NCBI GenBank assembly: GCA_043798355.1
Contig: JAZDOT010000047.1
Span: 858 to 64,857 of the forward strand
Source: Candidatus Peregrinibacteria bacterium
GTDB lineage: Bacteria; Patescibacteriota; Gracilibacteria; Peribacterales; Peribacteraceae
Direction of reading: 5' to 3'
Length of the DNA stretch: 64,000 bases
The translations under genes and the position numbers were made by a program. This document shows positions 18,613 to 26,612 of this stretch, one piece after another; position 1 is the first letter of the stretch, and every line of letters starts with the position of its first letter. The notes under the pieces were generated by a model. It saw only the letters and a program-made list of their open reading frames with translations. It did no database searches and was not told the DNA's origin.

Positions 18613-18658
18613 CCCCTCCCACCCTTCGACTGCGCTCAGGGTCTACGAATGGGAGGGG
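18613..18658. repeat. hairpin carrying the conserved loop CCCTTCGAYTGCRCTCAGGGT (copy 1)
   Basis: Stem cccctccca/tgggagggg around cccttcgactgcgctcagggtctacgaa. Related copies are at 57714..57761, 18961..18983 and 60109..60133. Confidence 0.75.
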
Positions 18659-18740
18659 CGGTCGTTGGCGTGAAGACGTTTGGGACAAGGTACGAGGTCT
18701 GAGGCGCTCTCTGTCTTTCTGCCCTTCACGCATGCAATAG

Positions 18741-18781
18741 CCTCCCCCTCTCCCACGGGGAGAGGGGCGGGGTGAGGGGGT
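18741..18781. repeat. GC-rich hairpin CCCCTCTCCC-acg-GGGAGAGGGG followed by GGGGTGAGGGGG
   Basis: Read directly from the sequence. Same motif class as the arms of the foldback elements at 36715 and 57941. Confidence 0.8.
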
Positions 18782-18835
18782 CAATTCGTCTCCCTCCCCT
18801 TGTGATCTCCCCCCATCTCTGTTTGTGTAGGAGAT

Positions 18836-19732
18836 ATGAGGACGAACGCAAAAAATCACTGGAAACGCACTGTGCTTATCCTCACGATCCTCTTCTGCTG
18901 CATTCCCATTCGCATTCAATCTCAATCCGTTGCGGAGCAACCAATAACCAATCAACCAATCCTTCGGCTGCGCTCAGGACAGGTAACCAAAAACCTGCAG
19001 AAGGCCACTCAAACAACCCTCCAATTCTTCGGCCACCCTTTCCATCTCTCCACTGCAGAAGGTCCGCAGCCGATCCCCATCCTCACCTACCACTACATCG
19101 CACCCGTCCCGGCAGGGAAATCATTTGGACTCTCCATCCCGCCGCCGATCTTTGAGAAACAACTGAAAGCTCTTCAGTCACGGGGGTATCGGTCATTCTT
19201 CGTCCGAGACATTCCCTCTTTTCTGCATGATCCCGCGACACTGCCCTCAAAAGCCATCGTCCTCACATTCGACGACGGCTTCCGAGACTTCTTCCTCTAT
19301 GCTCTTCCGCTCCTGAAGAAATATTCCGTGCGCGCAACGCTCTACCTCGTTCCCGGTTTTCTCGATACCCCCGGCTATCTCACCACCGATCAGGTGAGAA
19401 CTATTCTCAAGAGCCGCCTCGTTGAAGTGGGCGCACACACCATGCATCACACGAATCTCACCGAGATCCCTCTTGGGGAAGCAAAAAGGGAAATCACGGA
19501 GAGTAAAGAGTGGCTGGAGGACACATTCGGCATCACGGTTTCGACCTTCGCCTATCCATTCGGCGCACATTCACCCGCGATCGTCGCAGTGGTGAACAAA
19601 GCCGGATTCTCCGCCGCCGTCTCAACCGATCCGGGATGGATGCAGTCAGAACATGAGCTCTTCTCGCTGAAGCGCATCCGGGCGGGGGCGTTTCTCGGCA
19701 GTCGGAAGTGGAGTGTAATTGGAGTGAAGTGA
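18836..19732 (+). CDS. polysaccharide deacetylase (NodB homology domain) family protein
   Basis: N-terminal hydrophobic anchor. Contains VLTFDDGFRDFF...RATLYLVPG...GAHTMHHTNL. The N-terminal region includes a repeat-derived segment (ILRLRSGQ). Confidence 0.85.
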   Translation: MRTNAKNHWKRTVLILTILFCCIPIRIQSQSVAEQPITNQPILRLRSGQVTKNLQKATQTTLQFFGHPFHLSTAEGPQPIPILTYHYIAPVPAGKSFGLSIPPPIFEKQLKALQSRGYRSFFVRDIPSFLHDPATLPSKAIVLTFDDGFRDFFLYALPLLKKYSVRATLYLVPGFLDTPGYLTTDQVRTILKSRLVEVGAHTMHHTNLTEIPLGEAKREITESKEWLEDTFGITVSTFAYPFGAHSPAIVAVVNKAGFSAAVSTDPGWMQSEHELFSLKRIRAGAFLGSRKWSVIGVK

Positions 19733-19785
19733 TGAAGATAGAGCGCACAGGAGAACGTGCGAAACTTTCAAGAATCAAAAGCCAA

Positions 19786-20165
19786 GGTTCAAACAAATAT
19801 CAAAAATGGAAATGTCACTGACTACCGGCAGAGCCGGTAGCATGGGAAAAGCCCCTAGAAGGGGCTGACCACACTCCTGGATCTGAATCATTTCTTCTCT
19901 GCACTGATCCACACGCATCTTCGCCATCATCCATGGTCTTTCGCTCTGCATTTCCCTCTTCCCCAACCCTTCCCCCGGCGGGGGAAGGGAGCTTCAAGAC
20001 ATTCCCCCTCCCCCCCCGGGGGAGGGGGAAGGGGGAGAGGGAAAAACAGAAACACACAAAAAAACCGGAAACGCCGGAACGGGAGAACCTGCGGATGTCT
20101 CACCGGCAGAGCCGGTGGATTACCAATTCCTTTTTAAAATTTTGGTTTTGATCCTTGTTTGAACC
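19786..20165. mobile_element. MITE-like foldback element (about 380 bp) with imperfect terminal inverted repeats
   Basis: Left end GGTTCAAACAAatATCAAAA...ACCGGCAGAGCCGGT. Right end ACCGGCAGAGCCGGT...TTTTGATccTTGTTTGAACC. The centre carries hairpins ccttccccc-ggc-gggggaagg and ccccctcccc...ggggaggggg. There is no ORF. Confidence 0.45.
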
Positions 20166-20224
20166 CTGATCCTTGAATCTTGAACCTTCACCCATCGGTG
20201 TCCGCCGATGGCACGCGCTATCAT

Positions 20225-20293
20225 TTTGCATTTCGCATTTTCAATTTTCAATTATCAATTCCCTTCGCCCTAACCCTAACCCTAACCCTAATC
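20225..20293. repeat. heptamer tract (GCATTTY/CAATTWT units) followed by the hexamer tract (CCCTAA)x4
   Basis: tttgcatttcgcattttcaattttcaattatcaattcc, then ccctaaccctaaccctaaccctaatcc flanked by ccttcgcc on both sides. It abuts the stop of the M23 peptidase gene. Confidence 0.9.
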
Positions 20294-20303
20294 CTTCGCC
20301 CTA

Positions 20304-21530
20304 CTACGGCAGCTCCCCCCGCGGATTCACATTCACTCCTCCTTTCACAACCTCGAAATGGAGATGCGCCCCCGTCGTCGTCGGACCCGCGCCGTGCGTA
20401 CCGGGGGTCCCGCCGCTCAAGCCAATCACTTCCCCTGCACGGATATCCTGTCCGGCGCTCACGGAAATGACGGAGAGGTGACCGTAGAGCGTGGCATAGC
20501 CGCCGCGGTGCCCGACGAGGACGTAGGAGTAGCCGCTTCCCCCGCCGTCGCGCGCGAGGAAGACGACGCCGTCGGCGGCGCTCACGACGGGACTCCCCTG
20601 ACCGATGACGATGTCCATGCCGCAGTGCGGGATGCCGAAGAATTTCTGGTACGCGCTGTCCATGAATCCCGCCGAAATCGGTCCGTATGCAGGCCAGATG
20701 AATGATTGGTCGAACGGCATGATGCCGTCCGCATACTGTCCCGGCCGCGCATCCCTGAGCCCTTTTTCGATGAGGGTGCGCTCGGCCCGAGCGCGCAGCC
20801 GTGCATCGATCCGCGCGAGCTCTCCCTGTAACCGCAAGACCTGCCGGTGCACCTCCTCGAACACCTGCTTGATGCGTGCGGTATCGGGCGTGCCGGTGTA
20901 GGAGCCCCCCTGCACGCGGTCCACCGTCTTGTCCTTGGCCACATACTCCTTCTGGAGCAGAGCGTACTCCCCCGCCGAAGCGCGCAACACGGCATCGTGG
21001 GCGCCGACGGAATTGATGAGCGAGAGAAGCTCGCCATGCGCTCGCAGATTCGTTCTGAGTAACGCATCGGACCCAAGGAAAGCGTTCAGAGGAGACGAGA
21101 GGAGGAAGGACAGGAGATCCGTACCCGAGACATCCTCTCCGACATCCATTGTCTGGACTGCGATACGCCGGAGCAGGTCAACAAGGGTCATCTGCTGTCC
21201 CAAAGCAAGATCGGGGAATGACGGATCCGTCGTGACCACCCCATGCTCCGATTGCAATGCTTCGAGCTCGCTCTTCGCTGAAGCGATCTTCAGACGTACT
21301 TCGCGCTTCTCCTTGGCGATGGCGGCCAGCGCATTCTGCGCCTCCGTGATTTCTTTCGCTTGCACGGTCCGCGGGCGCGACTGGTATGTTTTTGCCGCCC
21401 GATCGATGGCCTGACGGAGCTCCTGCTCGGTCTCGGAGCGCTTTGCAGGAACGCTGAGCGCGAGCGTTGCGAGAGGAAGACAGCCAAGGCCGAGAACCAT
21501 CATGGTGGTCAGGCGTTGCAGGGTATGCAT
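20304..21530 (-). CDS. M23 family metallopeptidase with N-terminal coiled coil (EnvC-like)
   Basis: Signal peptide, a coiled-coil region, and C-terminal HCGMDIV...GGYATLYGHLS...GAHLHFEV. Confidence 0.9.
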   Translation of the reverse strand: MHTLQRLTTMMVLGLGCLPLATLALSVPAKRSETEQELRQAIDRAAKTYQSRPRTVQAKEITEAQNALAAIAKEKREVRLKIASAKSELEALQSEHGVVTTDPSFPDLALGQQMTLVDLLRRIAVQTMDVGEDVSGTDLLSFLLSSPLNAFLGSDALLRTNLRAHGELLSLINSVGAHDAVLRASAGEYALLQKEYVAKDKTVDRVQGGSYTGTPDTARIKQVFEEVHRQVLRLQGELARIDARLRARAERTLIEKGLRDARPGQYADGIMPFDQSFIWPAYGPISAGFMDSAYQKFFGIPHCGMDIVIGQGSPVVSAADGVVFLARDGGGSGYSYVLVGHRGGYATLYGHLSVISVSAGQDIRAGEVIGLSGGTPGTHGAGPTTTGAHLHFEVVKGGVNVNPRGELP

Positions 21531-21644
21531 CTTTACTCCAAATTATAGCGGATAATTGTCATATTGAAAATCGACGGATTCAGGAGAATATCGTCAAGCA
21601 AGATCGACAGCAATCATGCAACGGACGTGGTACGATCCTCTGCA

Positions 21645-22226
21645 ATGATCTCACTCCTTCGAGGCACCATTCGGCGAGGCGTTCCCGGATCCGTGGTGGT
21701 GGATACCGGAGCTGTGGGGTACAGCGTCACTGTGCCGCTCGGGAGCTGGGATGAACTCAAAGAGGGGGAAACGCAGGAACTCCTCATCGTGCCTTTCATC
21801 CGCGAGGACCGCTTCGATCTCTTCGGGTTCAGAGACGAAGCAACGAGGCAGCTCTTCAGCGCCTCGATCAATCTGCAGGGGGTGGGGCCGCGCATGGGCA
21901 TGGAACTCTGTTCGGTTCCGCGCTCGCTGCTCGCAAAAGCCATCGACGAAGAAGATGTAAAAATCCTTACAAAGATCAAAGGCATCGGGAAGAAGACCGC
22001 CGAAAAGCTCATCGTGGATCTCCGGTCCCTCAAAGAGAGGCAACCCGGTCTCTTCTCTGCAGAGGACGGCCGGGGAACCGGAAAAGCCGCTTTCGACTCC
22101 GATGCCGTGGAGGCGCTGCGCACGCTGGGCTACGAATCCTCCGTGATCATGAAGACTCTGAGGAACCTCCCGCACGATCTCGCGACCACCGAGGAACGCG
22201 TCGCCGCCGCCCTCCGTTCCCTCTGA
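21645..22226 (+). CDS. ruvA: Holliday junction branch migration protein RuvA
   Basis: MISLLRGTI...VVDTGAVGYSVTVP...FIREDRFDLFGF...LQGVGPRMGMELCS, followed by HhH motifs. Confidence 0.9.
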   Translation: MISLLRGTIRRGVPGSVVVDTGAVGYSVTVPLGSWDELKEGETQELLIVPFIREDRFDLFGFRDEATRQLFSASINLQGVGPRMGMELCSVPRSLLAKAIDEEDVKILTKIKGIGKKTAEKLIVDLRSLKERQPGLFSAEDGRGTGKAAFDSDAVEALRTLGYESSVIMKTLRNLPHDLATTEERVAAALRSL

Positions 22227-22229
22227 ATT

Positions 22230-22260
22230 CCCTTAGCCTTAGCCTTAACCTTAACCTTAC
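22230..22260. repeat. hexamer tandem repeat (CCTTAG/CCTTAA)x5 filling the ruvA-pgi spacer
   Basis: ccttagccttagccttaaccttaaccttac ends 1 nt before the pgi ATG. Confidence 0.9.
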
Positions 22261-22261
22261 A

Positions 22262-23545
22262 ATGCTCGACCTCAACATCGCCGCGACACTCGCCAAGGCC
22301 ATCACCCCCTCGATGGGAATCCCCGATCAGGAACTCTCGGCCCTGCGCTCGTCCATGCGGCGGTACACGGAGGACTGGCTGAAAGAGCGCCAGCAGGGCA
22401 AGCACCAATGGTCAATGAATCCCTACGACAAGGAGGCGCTCAAAGCGGTGAAGAACGCCGTACAGCGCACCAAGCCCGACAAGCTCAAGACAGTCGTCTG
22501 GGTGGGGATCGGCGGTTCCGCCCTCGCTCCGCAGGTCATCCAGGAGGTGTTCGAATCACCGGAAACGATGGAGTTCATCCTCCTCGACTCCATCGATCCC
22601 GCCGCCCTCGAGCTCGCGCTGAAAGTGATCGACTGGAGGAGCTCCCTCCTCGTCGTCGCCAGCAAATCGGGCTCTACGCTGGAACCCATGAGTACCTTCT
22701 TCCTCTGCTTCGATCGTCTGCAGGGGGCGGTACGGGAGAAGGCAGCCGAACGCACAATCGCGCTCACGGATCCGGACACAGGAGTGCTGCGCAGTTTCTG
22801 TGTGGAGAAGGGCATCCCTATGCTTCCCATTCCGCCGGATGTGGGAGGACGGTACTCCGTCTTCTCCCCCGTCGGGCTCCTGCCGCTCGTGCTCCTCTCC
22901 GCAGACGTCGATGCGTTCGTTCGCGGCGCGAAGGAGATGGATACCCTCTGCCAGTCCACCAGCATCGATACCAATCCTGCAGCGCTCCTGGCCAGCGTGC
23001 AGTTCCTCCTCGACACGAAGCGGGGCTATCTCCTGCGCGTCATCATGCCGTACTCAAGCCGCCTCGCCTCCCTCGCCCGGTGGGACCAGCAGCTCATCGC
23101 AGAGAGCCTCGGCAAGGCGGAGACCCTCAACCCCTTCCCGATGGCAGCCATCGGGACGCAGGATCAGCACTCGCTCCTCCAGCAATGGATGGCAGGACCG
23201 CGCAAATGCTGGCACCTCTTCATCCGTGAGGAGGAGAAACCGCGTCTCTCCGTCCCCGAACGTGTCCCGGATGCGTTGCGCGCAGTCGCAGGCAAGACGT
23301 TCGGCCAGCTCATCGACGCATGCTACGAAGGCACCAGCCGCGCCCTCACCCGCGCCAAGCGCCCGCACGGAACGATCACACTCCCCCGCCTCGACGCCCT
23401 GCATCTGGGCCAGCTCTTCTTCCTGCTCCTCGCCGAAACCGTCTTCCTGGGCAAACTCTACCGCATCGATCCCTATGGCCAGCCGGCCGTCGAAATCGGT
23501 AAGCAGATCACCAAGGACATCCTCACCCACGGTAAGGGGGAATAG
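22262..23545 (+). CDS. pgi: glucose-6-phosphate isomerase
   Basis: VVWVGIGGSALAPQ...VVASKSGSTLEPM...DVGGRYSVFSPVGLLP. Confidence 0.9.
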   Translation: MLDLNIAATLAKAITPSMGIPDQELSALRSSMRRYTEDWLKERQQGKHQWSMNPYDKEALKAVKNAVQRTKPDKLKTVVWVGIGGSALAPQVIQEVFESPETMEFILLDSIDPAALELALKVIDWRSSLLVVASKSGSTLEPMSTFFLCFDRLQGAVREKAAERTIALTDPDTGVLRSFCVEKGIPMLPIPPDVGGRYSVFSPVGLLPLVLLSADVDAFVRGAKEMDTLCQSTSIDTNPAALLASVQFLLDTKRGYLLRVIMPYSSRLASLARWDQQLIAESLGKAETLNPFPMAAIGTQDQHSLLQQWMAGPRKCWHLFIREEEKPRLSVPERVPDALRAVAGKTFGQLIDACYEGTSRALTRAKRPHGTITLPRLDALHLGQLFFLLLAETVFLGKLYRIDPYGQPAVEIGKQITKDILTHGKGE

Positions 23546-23550
23546 CGAAG

Positions 23551-23590
23551 AATTATCAATTATCAATTATTCATTTCTTCTCTTCACCTC
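23551..23590. repeat. dispersed about 40-nt element starting with (AATTATC)x2.5, copy 1 (copy 2 at 49730..49760)
   Basis: aattatcaattatcaattattcatttcttctcttcacctc versus aattatcaattatcaattcttcattctcttcccc. Both copies start within 5 nt of a stop codon. Confidence 0.85.
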
Positions 23591-23625
23591 AAGAAAGTCT
23601 CCTCCCCTTTGCCCTAGTACTCTAG

Positions 23626-23644
23626 TCCCCAATCCCCAATCCCC
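23626..23644. repeat. heptamer tandem repeat (CCCCAAT)x2.7, identical to the cyanobacterial STRR1 unit
   Basis: tccccaatccccaatcccc directly abuts the trxA ATG. Confidence 0.9.
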
Positions 23645-23965
23645 ATGTCCTCCCCCGTCACCGATGCATCCTTCGCAACAGAAGTGCTCCAGTCAAAGAT
23701 CCCCGTCCTCGTGGACTTCTGGGCTCCGTGGTGCGGCCCGTGCAGGGCCATGGGTCCGGTCGTGGACGAGCTCGCCACCGCGTACGAGGGCAGAGTGAAG
23801 GTGATGAAGATGAACGTGGATGAGAATGCTGAAATGCCTCAGCAGTTCAACGTGATGAGCATCCCCATGTTCATCCTCTTCAAGGACGGATCTCCCGTCT
23901 CCTCCTTCGTCGGCGTCCGCTCGCAAGCGGACATCGAAGCGGAGTTCCAGAAAGCACTCTCTTAA
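23645..23965 (+). CDS. trxA: thioredoxin
   Basis: 106 aa with VDFWAPWCGPCR. Confidence 0.96.
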   Translation: MSSPVTDASFATEVLQSKIPVLVDFWAPWCGPCRAMGPVVDELATAYEGRVKVMKMNVDENAEMPQQFNVMSIPMFILFKDGSPVSSFVGVRSQADIEAEFQKALS

Positions 23966-23971
23966 GAAGCT

Positions 23972-24226
23972 ATGCATATCATCCTCGGACTCGTCGGCAT
24001 CGCGCTTTCCTTCTTCATGATCCGTCACCGCGAGTCGGTGGGCGATACCATCGGAGATGCGGAATGGATGCATAAGCTGGGCGGCGTCTACAACGTCGTC
24101 GTCATGAGTTCCATCCTGCTCTTCCTCATCTCCGTCGCCGCCATCTTCAACCTCACCTCCGTCGCCCTCATGCCGATCGTCCGCTTCCTCATGCCCTTCT
24201 CGCTGAAAACTCCTCCGGCACCGTAA
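23972..24226 (+). CDS. small membrane protein, hypothetical
   Basis: 84 aa with two or three hydrophobic helices. It starts 6 nt after trxA. Confidence 0.55.
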   Translation: MHIILGLVGIALSFFMIRHRESVGDTIGDAEWMHKLGGVYNVVVMSSILLFLISVAAIFNLTSVALMPIVRFLMPFSLKTPPAP

Positions 24227-24410
24227 AGAAGGGACAGGCTCAAGGGGAGCCTATCCCTGCATTCATCCAATGCCACAAAGCTTCCTCTTCGACCATAAAA
24301 TGGTCGCCCCTTGATTTCAATGAAGACTTTTTAGAGGGGCACTGGACGCCGACAGTCTATTTCCAAAAACAGAAGCTTCAAAGGAAAAACTCTGATAAAA
24401 TGATAAACGT

Positions 24411-24486
24411 GGGGCATTAGCTCAGCTGGTAGAGCGCCTGCTTTGCAAGCAGGAGGTCGCCGGTTCGAACCCGGCATGCTCCACCA
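24411..24486 (+). tRNA. tRNA-Ala (anticodon UGC), CCA encoded
   Basis: The cloverleaf folds by hand. Acceptor GGGGCAT/ATGCTCC has G3:U70, the anticodon loop is TTTGCAA, and the T-arm is GCCGGTTCGAACCCGGC. Confidence 0.95.
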
Positions 24487-24522
24487 ACCTCCGCAGGAGG
24501 TTGCCCACCGTAGCTCGCCCCT

Positions 24523-24729
24523 TCACTCCCTTTTCTTGCTGCCGGGAAAGCCGCTGCCTCCCGCACCTTGCAGGCGAAGAAAGACACGCATCGCCTCCTC
24601 ATACCTGCTCTGTTCCATCCTCTCAATCCTTTGCCGGAACAGAGCGCTTTCACGGTATGCCAGATGATTTTTGTCCAACAGGCGGCTGAGGACTTCCTCA
24701 TCCGTAAGCGGATCCAGATCGGGGAGCAT
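24523..24729 (-). CDS. hypothetical small helical protein
   Basis: 68-aa ORF with plausible composition, downstream of the TA pair. No family recognised. Confidence 0.3.
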   Translation of the reverse strand: MLPDLDPLTDEEVLSRLLDKNHLAYRESALFRQRIERMEQSRYEEAMRVFLRLQGAGGSGFPGSKKRE

Positions 24730-24819
24730 AAGGAAAGGAACGTACGATCCGCGCCCACTGCCGTCAACTGAAACGGAGAAGTGCAGGCGACAGCCGAAGA
24801 AAATCCTCTGCTGGATTCC

Positions 24820-25062
24820 TTAAAAATCCCGATAGGTGGCTTCGTTCCTCCTGCGAATCGCTCTGAATATGATCCGCGCGCCATCGTCAAAGTAGATCAC
24901 GCGGTAATTGCCAATGCGGATCCGGTAAATGTGCTCATATCCTTTCAACTGTCTTCGATCCAATGATCCGAAATCCCGTGACTGCAAGAGCAGAAGCGCT
25001 GCCATGACTCTTTGGCGGCTTGAGTACGGCATCTTCCGGAGCTGCTTTTTCCACTCTTCCAT
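24820..25062 (-). CDS. relE: type II toxin, RelE/ParE (StbE-like) family
   Basis: 80 aa with ...KGYEHIYRIRIGNYRVIYFDDG.RIIF.AIRRRNEATY. It starts 1 nt after the antitoxin stop. Confidence 0.85.
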   Translation of the reverse strand: MEEWKKQLRKMPYSSRQRVMAALLLLQSRDFGSLDRRQLKGYEHIYRIRIGNYRVIYFDDGARIIFRAIRRRNEATYRDF

Positions 25063-25063
25063 A

Positions 25064-25306
25064 TTAACGCCGTAACTTGCGCATTTCCTTCAAAACCTTT
25101 TCAATTGGAACACCTTCCGTCTTTCCCCCGTCCGTGAAATCCACCACGGTCTCCCAGCCCTCCTCAGGCACTTCGGCGTCGATCTTCACGATATAGAATG
25201 AAGGCTTCGAGCGGCGGATAACGCGGTATGATTCCCCTCTTTCTACATGATCGGCGATCAAAGAGAGATTCGCCCGCAGTTCTTTGATGGAAATGTCCTT
25301 AGGCAT
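25064..25306 (-). CDS. type II antitoxin, Phd/YefM-like
   Basis: 80 aa. MPKDISIKELRANLSLIADHVERGESYRVIRRSKPSFYIV is typical of a Phd/YefM N-terminal fold. Confidence 0.8.
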   Translation of the reverse strand: MPKDISIKELRANLSLIADHVERGESYRVIRRSKPSFYIVKIDAEVPEEGWETVVDFTDGGKTEGVPIEKVLKEMRKLRR

Positions 25307-25310
25307 AGTA

Positions 25311-25350
25311 ACACTTGAAAAGTATCTTAAGTGTACATTTGAATGGACAC
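25311..25350 (-). promoter_or_regulatory. overlapping palindromes upstream of the TA operon (candidate operator)
   Basis: ACACTT-N12-AAGTGT, overlapping GTGTACATT-tg-AATGGACAC. Confidence 0.45.
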
Positions 25351-25382
25351 TGAATCAAGAGAGAATCTGAAAGCAGACGCAC

Positions 25383-26561
25383 TCACGTGACGATCTCCTC
25401 CACCCTCCCCTCCTCCACCGCCCTGCGAATCTCCATACCTATTCTCTCACCCACACTCATCGTCTCGCCATAGAGGTAGCGCGTGTACGGGGTGGCGAAG
25501 GTGCCAGGCGAGCCCGGGATGCGCATGGAGACGTCGAAGATGACGATATCCTCCCTGCCATCCTCCGCAACCACGGCACCCTGCAAGGCGAACGGTCCGA
25601 TGATCCCCTTGCCGGAGGGATCGATCTCGGGAGAGAGATTCTTCGTCGCAGAGACGAAGCGTTCCCCGATCTCGAATGCCTTCTCGAGGAGGGATTCCTT
25701 GACCGTGCAGGCGACGTGACCGGTCTCGATCATTTTCAGATCAATCCCTGCCTTCAGCACTTTCTCCTGCTCACTCCCGAGCATCCGGAGGAACCCATCC
25801 AGATTGGTCTGGCGACGCATGTCCGTGCCGAGAAGTTCTAATTGTCCCGTGAGTGGAGAGGAGAAGAAATTGAAATTCACCGGAGCACCCATGACGAATT
25901 CTTCGATGGTCGCCTTCCTCCAGGCGGAAGAAACCTTCCCCTCCTTCTCCATGCGAGTCCCCTCTTTCTCCCACTGCGCTGCACTATTGACGATGAAGAA
26001 CGCCCGCTCGTACTTCCGTTGTACCTCGCTCGCTTTCACGATGACCGGTCCGTCGATGTCTGCGGGACTCTTAAACATCCTCGGTGCGCGGATGCCGGCG
26101 ACGGAGAGGAGGTCGTACTGCGAGAAATGCTGGTCGCGCTCCTCGATCTTCAGGAGCGATCTGGAACCGAAGATCGGCAGTCTGAGCTCATGTTCCACTT
26201 TCGCGAAGTCGGAGAAGTACACCCAGAAGTAGCGATTATGTATAAATATTGTATTCAATTTTCTAAGCTTCTCCTGAATGTCCTTGTTCAATATATCCTC
26301 GAAATTATCGACAACGATTACTTCATCAATACAGCCAATGCTATCACGAGTCCTTCGTCCTAAGTCCTTCGTCCTAAGTCCTTCGTCCTTCGTCCTAAAA
26401 TATTCCGTGTACGTTCGCTCCCTCCCCTTCCGCGCTATGCACACCGTCCGGAATCCGTGCTTCTTCGCGCCATGCGAGACGTCCAGTGCGCTATGACCGC
26501 CAAGAACGCCGACTGTGAGATTGGCGAGATCGTAGCCCCTGAGGAGATCAGCAATATTCAT
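25383..26561 (-). CDS. purP: PurP-like ATP-grasp protein (archaeal-type FAICAR synthetase family), paralogue 1 with a repeat-encoded insert
   Basis: LGGHSALDVSHGAKKHGFRTVCIARKGRE.TY... aligns along its whole length with paralogue 2 and with my recollection of archaeal PurP (IATLGSHSAL...). Confidence 0.75.
   Translation of the reverse strand: MNIADLLRGYDLANLTVGVLGGHSALDVSHGAKKHGFRTVCIARKGRERTYTEYFRTKDEGLRTKDLGRRTRDSIGCIDEVIVVDNFEDILNKDIQEKLRKLNTIFIHNRYFWVYFSDFAKVEHELRLPIFGSRSLLKIEERDQHFSQYDLLSVAGIRAPRMFKSPADIDGPVIVKASEVQRKYERAFFIVNSAAQWEKEGTRMEKEGKVSSAWRKATIEEFVMGAPVNFNFFSSPLTGQLELLGTDMRRQTNLDGFLRMLGSEQEKVLKAGIDLKMIETGHVACTVKESLLEKAFEIGERFVSATKNLSPEIDPSGKGIIGPFALQGAVVAEDGREDIVIFDVSMRIPGSPGTFATPYTRYLYGETMSVGERIGMEIRRAVEEGRVEEIVT
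26349..26398. repeat. tandem repeat (TCCTTCG+TCCTAAG, 14-nt period) inside the purP paralogue 1 CDS
   Basis: agtccttcgtcctaagtccttcgtcctaagtccttcgtccttcgtcctaa. It encodes RTKDEGLRTKDLGRRTRD, which is absent from paralogue 2. Confidence 0.9.
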
Positions 26562-26612
26562 ACATTGGAGTGTAAACTAAAAAACCAACAACCAAAAACC
26601 AATAACTGCGTG

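Noticed and set aside
20268-20293. CCCTAA repeats as evidence of a linear-replicon telomere.
   Set aside because: The tracts are about 30 nt, internal, flanked by ordinary genes on both sides, and occur four times within 43 kb.
24487-25380. Integrated prophage or ICE at tRNA-Ala.
   Set aside because: There is no integrase, no duplicated tRNA 3' end and no phage genes. Only a TA pair and a small ORF are present.
26349-26398. Tandem repeat tracts as a CRISPR array. The tracts at 54093..54127 and 56297..56345 were considered in the same way.
   Set aside because: The units are 6-14 nt with no spacers, and no cas genes are present.
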